Part shown: piece after piece, positions 10,073 through 17,841 of the stretch
Layout of the letters: each line of letters begins with the position of its first letter
Numbering within the stretch: the stretch's first letter is position 1
Origin: a bacterium
GTDB taxonomy: Bacteria; Hinthialibacterota; Hinthialibacteria; Hinthialibacterales; Hinthialibacteraceae
NCBI GenBank assembly: GCA_963662285.2
Contig: CAXXMV010000006.1
Location: forward strand, 1,440,001 to 1,504,000
Reading direction: 5' to 3'
Length of the DNA: 64,000 nt
Notes under the pieces: generated by a model
Databases searched by the model: none
What the model saw: the letters and a program-made list of their open reading frames with translations, nothing else
Told to the model about the DNA's origin: nothing
Translations under genes and position numbers: made by a program

Positions 10073-10235
10073 TGTCTGAATCTGGATGTCCTTGATAAAA
10101 GGATACTCTGGATGGGTGAATCTATAATCTGATGTTATCCAAATACAGGGATTCTGAATAGCCTGAAAATAGGAATAGGGCGAATGATGAAAAATCCTGG
10201 ATATCCTGCTAATCCAGGGTATCTTGATTCAGACA
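10073..10235. mobile_element. MITE-like element with TGTCTGAATC / GATTCAGACA terminal inverted repeats
   Basis: TGTCTGAATCTGGAT at 10073 and ATCTTGATTCAGACA ending 10235; a lone right end also at 59414-59458. Confidence 0.6.
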
Positions 10236-10301
10236 AAAAAAATATCTTTAAAATATATTCAAATGCATGTTGAAACTAAAATTTATTATAAAGGAAAAAC
10301 T

Positions 10302-10784
10302 ATGATATTTCATCTGAACGATAAAGAGCAATGGCAACCTGTGGTTGATAAATGGCGTGAAGAGGGCAAAGTTATCGTCACCACCAACGGAACTTTCGAT
10401 ATCGTCCATGTAGGACATATCCGGCTGATGACCGAAGCCAAAGCGCAGGGCGATATCCTAATCCTGGGATTAAACAGCGACAAATCAGTTAAACAATATA
10501 AAAGCGAGAAGCGCCCCATCGTCCCCCAGGAAGAACGGGCCAAGTTGATTGAAGCCTTACGCTGCATCGATATGGTGATCATTTTCGATGAACCGGAAAG
10601 CGCCCGCTTCGTCACCGAGGTCAAACCTGATATTCACGCCAAAGATTCAACCTATGGCTATGACCTGATCGAAGCCCCCATAGTAGCCGAATACGGCGGC
10701 AAGATTTATCTGGTCGAAAAAGACGGACATTCCACTACTAATGTTATTCAGAAAATTATTGATGTTTATAAGGATGAGTTGTAG
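10302..10784 (+). CDS. rfaE2: RfaE domain II-like cytidylyl/adenylyltransferase (heptose-1-phosphate adenylyltransferase)
   Basis: TNGTFDIVHVGH, GLNSDKSV, RPIVPQEER, STTNVI; AAGGA RBS before ATG 10302. Confidence 0.85.
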   Translation: MIFHLNDKEQWQPVVDKWREEGKVIVTTNGTFDIVHVGHIRLMTEAKAQGDILILGLNSDKSVKQYKSEKRPIVPQEERAKLIEALRCIDMVIIFDEPESARFVTEVKPDIHAKDSTYGYDLIEAPIVAEYGGKIYLVEKDGHSTTNVIQKIIDVYKDEL

Positions 10785-10829
10785 GTAAGGGATGGACTTA
10801 ATGCTTTCGCTTGTGATTTTGAGTACTAC

Positions 10830-10858
10830 TCAAGGGCTGAAAATATTCTGCCCTTGGC
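10830..10858 (+). repeat. TCAAGGGC...GCCCTTGGC palindromic repeat
   Basis: TCAAGGGCTGAAAATATTCTGCCCTTGGC. Confidence 0.8.
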
Positions 10859-10979
10859 GTACGCGCCTATTCATGTAGTAGATTGATATAATGCATATTA
10901 TTGAAGGTTCATCTCAAAAGTGATTTGCAAATTATATATTTGCCCGTAAAATATATAATAGTTGTTCATTCCCGCAGAA

Positions 10980-11222
10980 ATGGATAAGACGCTGATGAAT
11001 GCCCTGGACATTATTACAGCGATAGAAAAACTGCCGCAAGATGAAAAACAGTTAGTCATTGATTTTGCGGTTTCTATCAGAGAAGCAATGTATCTAGCTG
11101 CTGACTATTCCCCGGAAGATGAGGAGATGATCGTTGAAGAAGCCAAACTCTGTAAACAAAGGGTAGATGTAAAAGAACATTCTTCGGCGGATGACTTGCG
11201 TAATTCTCTTGGTTTAACCTAA
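10980..11222 (+). CDS. Putative antitoxin (acidic, ~75-80 aa)
   Basis: Small acidic ORF 10 bp upstream of RelE-type toxin; C-terminus HSSADDLRNSLGL; start could be 10980 or 10995. Confidence 0.7.
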   Translation: MDKTLMNALDIITAIEKLPQDEKQLVIDFAVSIREAMYLAADYSPEDEEMIVEEAKLCKQRVDVKEHSSADDLRNSLGLT

Positions 11223-11232
11223 GAGCAATTTA

Positions 11233-11493
11233 ATGAGGTTTGTTCACCGCAAAAAATTCACCAAAGGTCTTGAAAAACTCACCCCAAACCAAAAGAAGAG
11301 CGTTGGGGAAGTTATTAAATTATTCGAAGATGATCCTTTCCATCCTAAACTCAATAATCATGCCCTTCATGGTAAACTAAAAGATTTGCGATCTATTTCT
11401 GTCGGAGGAGATTTACGTATCACTTTTTTTGAAGAAGATAATTATGAGGTGGTCTACCTTGTATGTATTGGAACCCATAACCAAGTGTATTGA
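11233..11493 (+). CDS. Type II TA toxin, RelE/YafQ-family mRNA interferase
   Basis: KKFTKGLEKL, HALHGKLKDLRSISV, DLRI, C-terminal IGTHNQVY. Confidence 0.9.
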   Translation: MRFVHRKKFTKGLEKLTPNQKKSVGEVIKLFEDDPFHPKLNNHALHGKLKDLRSISVGGDLRITFFEEDNYEVVYLVCIGTHNQVY

Positions 11494-11528
11494 AGATTCT
11501 TTACATTGGCGCCCCGGTATGATTTCAA

Positions 11529-12182
11529 TCAGGCTGGTTTCATTTTTAGGATTTTTTTGACAAGAAGGTCAACGTTCGTATATGGATGCCATGTTCTACT
11601 TGATGGATTTGCAGCAGAGTTATGATGAAAATCGTTAATTCTTTCTGCACCTTTAAATGCTTTTTCAAGGTTGGGGTATAACGAATTAATAATTGATTGA
11701 TTCTTTTTGTAATCTGGGATATATACTTGTAAATCATGTCTGACTTCATCGTTATCCTTAAATTGTTTTGTTGTATAAGCGAAATGAAGAAGAAACCAGA
11801 ATTCAAAACTGGGAGTTGAAAAAGCGATATTAAAGGTAGGCTTTTTCCCTTTTATATTGTTATTTATACTATTTGCTTTATCGATGGCTTTATCGAAAGT
11901 TTCATGTGTATCGCGATCAAAAACACACCAAATGTGATCAAACAGTGCTTTATTTTTATTGAGCATTTTTTCTGCATGTTCCACAACCTTTATTGGTGCA
12001 GAGTCACATTCTTTACCATGGATTTCTATCTGGAGTTGATGGATTTTCCTCTTTTTTCTTAGATCTTTAAAATATTGTGTTTCGGTCGTCTCTCTTTCGC
12101 ATACAATCAATATTTTATTACCTGAGAATTTAGGAGCATTTTGAGTGAATTTATTTTTTGCGCGATTTTGATGTCTACTCAT
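11529..12182 (-). CDS. rloB: RloB-family protein (AbiLii-like)
   Basis: ILIVCE..TETQYF, WCVFDRD, STPSFEFWFLLHF, PYTNVDLLV. Confidence 0.9.
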   Translation of the reverse strand: MSRHQNRAKNKFTQNAPKFSGNKILIVCERETTETQYFKDLRKKRKIHQLQIEIHGKECDSAPIKVVEHAEKMLNKNKALFDHIWCVFDRDTHETFDKAIDKANSINNNIKGKKPTFNIAFSTPSFEFWFLLHFAYTTKQFKDNDEVRHDLQVYIPDYKKNQSIINSLYPNLEKAFKGAERINDFHHNSAANPSSRTWHPYTNVDLLVKKILKMKPA

Positions 12183-13462
12183 TAGAAATCAAGCCCCCCC
12201 AGGAATGGAATAGCGCCATAGCGTCCCGCCAAGTATCCTTTTTGCAGGGCTTCTTCTTTCCGGGGCTTAAAATCGGTCAGGGGATATAAAATAGTCGCGG
12301 CTTCTTTATTCTTCTCGGTAAACCAGACTTGGTCGCGTCGCAATATATCCGTATTCAACTGGGTTGTATCATGGGTTGTGAAAATTAGTTGAGCGCCATT
12401 TTTATTCAACTCCTCGCTGTGCACCATCTCAATCAATTTTCTGAAAAGCATAGGATGTAAATTTGAACCGATTTCATCCAGGAAAATAGTTTTTCCTAGA
12501 TTTAGTGAATCTACCAAAGGGCCGAGTAATGAGAACAAAACTCTTGTTCCTGCCGATTCTTTATTTGGAGTTAAATAGACATTTTTGCCTGTATCATTTT
12601 TCTTGTGAAGGAATTTCCATGCTATTAATTCTTCTTTTAATTTCTTAATAAACATATCCATTATTGAATTAGGTTTACTTGTTGGTGATTCTAAATTACG
12701 AAATTCATTCCTTTTCGTTTTTATATCCATAACGCCTAAATCCGCTTGTTTTAATATATTTCTAATGATAATAGACTGTTCATTTTTATCATCAATAATT
12801 GAAGCGGTAATTTCTGAATTGGATAATGATTCAAAATAATCTAAAAATCGAAAGCAGTTTTTGAACCATTCGTAAACATTACCTAATTGCCTATGGTTAA
12901 ATTGAGCGGCAGTCGATAGAAAGAGAGTTTTAAATTTTGTTTTCTCTTTCAGGCTTTCTTTCTCGCCCTTGAGGAATGTACTGAAATTCCATTCATACTC
13001 TTTTTTTTCATCATTAAAAAAACGGTAAAACCATTGCTGGGCTTTCCCATTAGGGTAGGCAATAAGCCATTCCTTATAAACTTTCTTTTTTTTTATCGCA
13101 AATCCATATTGATAACGGATTCCCTCATGAATAAAGATGATTTCGAATTCACTTAGTTCCTTTTCGCTTTTTGAATCAAATCCAAAAGGAGCAATATCAA
13201 TTTCATCAAGAAAATTTCTTCGGATTGATTCGTCAACAATTAAATTTCTCATGAATTTTCCGGCTTTGTATAAATTGCTTTTGCCTGATGCGTTAGCGCC
13301 GTAGATGGCTGCGCTTTTTAGTAGTTTTACGTTAGATAATCCTGGCGCTTGGGGATCGATCAGGTGGTTGGGGTGTTCGTTGTCTTTATTGTTGGCCACC
13401 ATGCTCAGGGTTTGTTTATCTTTAATGGAACGGTAATTTTTTACTGAAAATTCAATCAACAT
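12182..13462 (-). CDS. AAA_21/ABC-type ATPase (RloA/AbiLi-like)
   Basis: MLIEFSVKNYRSI, Walker A YGANASGKSN, ESAGT, LDEIGSNLHP, QLIFTTHD, RRDQVWF, YLAGRYGAIP; TAATG stop/start overlap with rloB. Confidence 0.92.
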   Translation of the reverse strand: MLIEFSVKNYRSIKDKQTLSMVANNKDNEHPNHLIDPQAPGLSNVKLLKSAAIYGANASGKSNLYKAGKFMRNLIVDESIRRNFLDEIDIAPFGFDSKSEKELSEFEIIFIHEGIRYQYGFAIKKKKVYKEWLIAYPNGKAQQWFYRFFNDEKKEYEWNFSTFLKGEKESLKEKTKFKTLFLSTAAQFNHRQLGNVYEWFKNCFRFLDYFESLSNSEITASIIDDKNEQSIIIRNILKQADLGVMDIKTKRNEFRNLESPTSKPNSIMDMFIKKLKEELIAWKFLHKKNDTGKNVYLTPNKESAGTRVLFSLLGPLVDSLNLGKTIFLDEIGSNLHPMLFRKLIEMVHSEELNKNGAQLIFTTHDTTQLNTDILRRDQVWFTEKNKEAATILYPLTDFKPRKEEALQKGYLAGRYGAIPFLGGLDF

Positions 13463-13630
13463 TGTACTTGCCTATCAATTTAATCGCGATTTCCGCATAA
13501 AAACTGCGGATGTATGGTTATAATTTACATATATATCGGATTATGTGCAAGTTTACTTGATCTTTTTTTAGATATTTATCTAAAATACTCTAATCATTTC
13601 TGAGAATATTCAGAATCATAAGTGATAGCA

Positions 13631-13668
13631 TCAAGGGCTGACTGCATTGCGGTCTTGCCCTTGGTGCC
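13631..13668 (+). repeat. TCAAGGGC...GCCCTTGG palindromic repeat
   Basis: TCAAGGGCTGACTGCATTGCGGTCTTGCCCTTGGTGCC. Confidence 0.85.
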
Positions 13669-13792
13669 AGGCAATATCCTCTTTTACTGTTTTTTCTATC
13701 CAAGTAGATTATTTCGACTCATCATATTTCTAATAATAAATACCATGTTGATGATTATTGAGGTTGCTGTCGGAATTTTTTGAAACAATTTG

Positions 13793-13836
13793 TTGACATT
13801 TATTGTAACAAAGATTATGATTATTAATCTTTGTTA
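13793..13836 (+). promoter_or_regulatory. Sigma70 promoter of pAgo-SIR2 operon with overlapping inverted-repeat operator
   Basis: TTGACA (13793) - 17 bp - TATGAT (13816); TAACAAAGATTA-N7-TAATCTTTGTTA at 13806-13836. Confidence 0.7.
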
Positions 13837-13912
13837 TATTCTATATTCTGTGAAACCGAAAGCAAAATATAGATAAACATTATTTGAAAATCATTAATAT
13901 TGGCGAATTAAA

Positions 13913-15814
13913 ATGAATGATCATAAAAAAATAGCTTTGAATTTCTTACCCATAGAACCACAGAATTTTGAATTCACAGTTTATCGCAAGTTAATGATAA
14001 ATAATGAACAGAGACCTTGTGAAGATGTTTTTAAATCTTCATTACCAAATGAAAAGAAAAATGAACCTTGGCCCAAATATTGGGTGTCCTTTACACAAAA
14101 AGAAGATTATGAAGAATTTTTAGTTAATACTAAAACAAACAATTATTTGACTAGAGAGTATCTTTTTCAACAATTAGTAATGAATATCAAGGAGCATATT
14201 CCTGAACGACTCGAAAGAAATGAAGAAAAATTCTATAAACGTAGAATATTTTTTAAACTTGAAGAATTTGATATTGGCAAACAAGTAATATGGCTAGATC
14301 CATTTTATTTAAAAAAAACATCCACTTTTGGATTCTTAATTGATTTTTGTTTTATCTCTAATGATGATTCATCACATTCAAAAGAACGTCAAAAACTATC
14401 TCTTAATTTAGATAGTTCCTATCGCTCAAACAAAAATTTCCACCAAGAAAAACTTTATAAAATAAAAAATTTCATTGACATATTTCTTGAAAAATTAAAT
14501 CCAATTTCTGATAATACTGACTTGAACTTAAGGATATCTAACAAATTTTCATGCATTAATTCAAGTACATTAAGTAATAAAATCTACAGTTTTGATAATA
14601 TGAAAACTAATAATTCTCAATTTCAGGGAATCAAAGAATACGGACCCTATCAAAAAAGTAATATTAATATTCACTATCATTTTATATTTAAGGAAGAAAA
14701 TATCGATTTAGGCCGGGATCTATTAAGGGCTTTAAATGGAGAAACATTTAAACAAACTTTTCCAGGAATGGAAAAAATGTTTCATATAAAATTAGGAAAG
14801 GATAATGTTTCAAAAATAATAATTAATTCATATAATAAAAGTGAAATTGATAAAGCAATCGAATCAATCAACAAATCAGGCTATGAAAATAACATTGCTA
14901 CTTTCATTTTCCCAGAAAAAGATTCAGATTTTTACTATAACCTAAAGAATGTTTTTCTTAATTCTGGTGTTTTAACCCAAGGCGTTCATATTGAAACCTT
15001 AAAAAATACGTCTGGTTTAAAGTGGTCGATTTCAAGTATTGCTCTTCAGTTGTTTTCAAAATCTGGTGGGGTGCCTTGGAGGCTTAAACCTAGTAATGAA
15101 AATTGTTTAATCATTGGAATTGGCAAAGCGCACCATCTGAAAAAAGATAATGGTCGAACTTTAGTTGAAAAATATTTTGCATATTCTGTTCTGACAGATT
15201 CAAGTGGAAAATATGTTTCTATGGATGTACTTTCTAGTGAAAAGGATGAAAATAATTATCTAAATAGTCTTCAAGCAAATCTGAAAAAAATTGTAGAAGA
15301 TTATAAAGATAAATATCAAAAAATCACTCTACATATACCTTTTAAAATACAACTACGAGAACTTGACGCAATAAAGAAAACGATTATAAACATAGATTCA
15401 GAGAAAGAATTTGTTGTAATCAAAATTGATGATCAGAGTAAATATTTTGGATATAATATAGATGTTAATTCATTTGTGCCTTATGAAAGTACTTTGTTAG
15501 AACTTTCACAAAATGAATATTTATTATGGACTGAAGGTTTAAATTACCATAATAAAAAAGTGATTAAACGATATTCAAATCCACTCCATATAGAATTTTA
15601 TTATTCAAATAAAAATTTATTAAGTCAGAGTGAAAAGAATTTATATTTACAGGATATAATGAATTTGTCAGGTGCAAGCTGGCGGGGATTCAATGCAAAG
15701 AAACTACCGATATCAATGTTTTATCCCAAGATAATATCACGATTCATAAAAGAGTTTTCAACTCGTAATCTAACAGAGATTAATTTTCAAGATTTACCAC
15801 CTTGGTTTTTATAA
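13913..15814 (+). CDS. Prokaryotic Argonaute, catalytically inactive (long-B-like)
   Basis: MID pocket YYNLK...TQGV...QLFSKSGGVPW; PIWI with degenerate tetrad (IIGIGKAH, TLHIPFK, LPISMFYPK); C-terminal PWFL; ~230-aa region N-terminal to FQGIKEYGPY. Confidence 0.9.
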   Translation: MNDHKKIALNFLPIEPQNFEFTVYRKLMINNEQRPCEDVFKSSLPNEKKNEPWPKYWVSFTQKEDYEEFLVNTKTNNYLTREYLFQQLVMNIKEHIPERLERNEEKFYKRRIFFKLEEFDIGKQVIWLDPFYLKKTSTFGFLIDFCFISNDDSSHSKERQKLSLNLDSSYRSNKNFHQEKLYKIKNFIDIFLEKLNPISDNTDLNLRISNKFSCINSSTLSNKIYSFDNMKTNNSQFQGIKEYGPYQKSNINIHYHFIFKEENIDLGRDLLRALNGETFKQTFPGMEKMFHIKLGKDNVSKIIINSYNKSEIDKAIESINKSGYENNIATFIFPEKDSDFYYNLKNVFLNSGVLTQGVHIETLKNTSGLKWSISSIALQLFSKSGGVPWRLKPSNENCLIIGIGKAHHLKKDNGRTLVEKYFAYSVLTDSSGKYVSMDVLSSEKDENNYLNSLQANLKKIVEDYKDKYQKITLHIPFKIQLRELDAIKKTIINIDSEKEFVVIKIDDQSKYFGYNIDVNSFVPYESTLLELSQNEYLLWTEGLNYHNKKVIKRYSNPLHIEFYYSNKNLLSQSEKNLYLQDIMNLSGASWRGFNAKKLPISMFYPKIISRFIKEFSTRNLTEINFQDLPPWFL

Positions 15815-15826
15815 AAGAAGATTAGC

Positions 15827-16879
15827 ATGAATTTTAAGGAAAACGAGATAATTTTTTTATTAGGTGCTGGGGCTAGTAAAGATGCAGATATCCCAATGTC
15901 TAATGAAATGATTGAAAAAGTTGAAAATTTAATTTTATCTGATAAATTTTGGAAAGAGTTTAGGGATTTTTATTATTTGATAAAGAGTGCAATTTTTTAT
16001 GCAGATGGTGTTCAGGGTAAGTTTAATAAAAAAGTTAACTTTAATATAGAGAGATTGTTTAATGTCTTAATTGAACTAGAAAAAAAAGAAGAACATCCAC
16101 TATATCCATTTATTGGCCAATGGAATATTAAATTTTCTGAAATTGTAGGTAATGATTATGAGTTAATTAAAAAATTTCAAGATTTAATCTTAAGTGAATT
16201 AAAAAATTGGATTACGCTAAAAATTAATAGTAACGCAGATTACTATAAAAAACTCAAAGATTTTAAAATAGAGATCAATCATTCTCTCAGGTTATTTACT
16301 CTTAACTATGATTTATGTGTAGAAAAGTCATTGTTATCAGAAGATTTTATTGTGGAACGAGGCTTCAATGAAAATCGCATTTGGGATTACAAAAAGATAA
16401 TTGACTTTCCTGCTGACAATACTCCAGATATTTTTCTATATAAGTTACACGGCTCTATTGATTGGGAAAGAGATAAGAATACTGGAGAAGTCAAATATAC
16501 TGATTGTAATGCACAAAATCCAGATTTGATTTTTGGAAGCGCCTATAAACTACAATATGTAGATCCATATTTATTTCAATTTTCTGAATTTAGGCACTAC
16601 ACTCTTAAAGCAAAACTCATAATTGTTGTTGGTTATGGCTTAGGAGATGAACATATAAATGGAATCATAAAGCAAGCGTTGGAGCAGGATGATTCAAAAA
16701 AATTGCTATATGTATCTCCTTCTGCAAATAAAGAAGAAATACAAAAATATCTTGGATTGAACAATGATGATCAATTGGAAACGATAAAATCAAGTGCCTC
16801 GAATTACTTTCAGAAAGAATTAGAATTGAATAAATTGAAAAACTTCTTTCCAGATGATTCAGATGATTTATGGATGTGA
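15827..16879 (+). CDS. SIR2-like (SIR2_2) NADase effector
   Basis: FLLGAGAS, FTLNYD, YKLHGSIDW, VVGYGLGDEHIN; 12 bp after pAgo stop. Confidence 0.9.
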   Translation: MNFKENEIIFLLGAGASKDADIPMSNEMIEKVENLILSDKFWKEFRDFYYLIKSAIFYADGVQGKFNKKVNFNIERLFNVLIELEKKEEHPLYPFIGQWNIKFSEIVGNDYELIKKFQDLILSELKNWITLKINSNADYYKKLKDFKIEINHSLRLFTLNYDLCVEKSLLSEDFIVERGFNENRIWDYKKIIDFPADNTPDIFLYKLHGSIDWERDKNTGEVKYTDCNAQNPDLIFGSAYKLQYVDPYLFQFSEFRHYTLKAKLIIVVGYGLGDEHINGIIKQALEQDDSKKLLYVSPSANKEEIQKYLGLNNDDQLETIKSSASNYFQKELELNKLKNFFPDDSDDLWM

Positions 16880-17034
16880 ATAAATATAGTGATTTTAGTG
16901 GATGCTGGTTCAAAAGGGGTGATACGACAATGCCTTTTGTACGTTTGATCTTTTTAATGGATTATTTAAGAATAGTAGTTTTGTTGTAATGTGAATTGTG
17001 ATATTACCAGTTGTAGGTAACAACCACACCCCTC

Positions 17035-17838
17035 TTAGAGATAGAAGATGGTGGTGAAGATCAGGTCGGTTATGATGATTAGCAGGATGGAGAAGACTAC
17101 TGACCGGGTGGTGGAAACGCCGACGCCTTCTGCGCCGCCTTCTACTGAGAGTCCTTCATGACAGGCCACGATGGCGATAACCGCTCCGAAACCTACGCTT
17201 TTTATGAGTCCTGTGAATAAGTCGGTCAGAGTCAGGCTGGTTATGGTTCCGTTGAGGTATAGTCCCATGGACATGTTCAGATCGAAAATACCTACCATAA
17301 GACCCCCTGATATGCCGATGAAGTCATCAATGATGGTGAGGCAGGGCATCATGAAAACCAGAGCGATGAAACGGGGGACGACCAGGAAGGGAATCGGTCT
17401 AAGCGCCATGGTCTGCAAAGCCATGATTTCTTCGCCGACCACCATAGTTCCCAGTTCGGCGGTGATAGCGGCGCCAACCCGTGCGGATATCATGATGGCG
17501 GTTATCAGCGGCCCGATTTCGCGGCAGATAGTAACGCCGACCAGCCCGGAAACCATGTTGCCCGCTCCAAATTTATTGAGCTGATAAGCGCTCTGCATGG
17601 CCAGGATCAAGCCGATAAGGAAATTTATTAGTATGAGAATTGGAAGCGAGCGTAAGCCCGCTTCCAGCATCATCGAAGTTGTCGCCTCGCGGCGGATGGT
17701 TTTGGATTTCGAAAATGGAGCAATTACGACATTATACATAACAGCGGAAAAAAGAATCCATAACCGTCCAATATAAATAAAGACGCCCGCCAGTCTTGAA
17801 TTCAGCATTCCGTTAGTTTTGTCTATTTCTGCTTTCAT
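17035..17838 (-). CDS. mlaE: MlaE-family ABC transporter permease
   Basis: REIGPLITA, RVGAAITAELGTM, EEIMAL, LVVPR, GAEGVGVSTTRSVV. Confidence 0.92.
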   Translation of the reverse strand: MKAEIDKTNGMLNSRLAGVFIYIGRLWILFSAVMYNVVIAPFSKSKTIRREATTSMMLEAGLRSLPILILINFLIGLILAMQSAYQLNKFGAGNMVSGLVGVTICREIGPLITAIMISARVGAAITAELGTMVVGEEIMALQTMALRPIPFLVVPRFIALVFMMPCLTIIDDFIGISGGLMVGIFDLNMSMGLYLNGTITSLTLTDLFTGLIKSVGFGAVIAIVACHEGLSVEGGAEGVGVSTTRSVVFSILLIIITDLIFTTIFYL

Positions 17839-17841
17839 AAA

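Larger units (their letters stand above)
10777..17020. mobile_element. Defence island bounded by 12-bp direct repeats
   Basis: AGTTGTAGGTAA at 10777-10788 (over rfaE2 stop) and 17009-17020 (14 bp from mlaE stop); AT-rich; contains only TA/defence genes. Confidence 0.7.

Noticed and set aside
10224-10301. Longer TTG start for rfaE2
   Set aside because: It begins inside the MITE-like repeat end; ATG 10302 has a good RBS and matches the domain start
13913-16879. Short pAgo SPARSA or Thoeris assignment
   Set aside because: The pAgo has ~230 extra N-terminal residues; SIR2 lies downstream with no visible APAZ, SLOG or TIR partner
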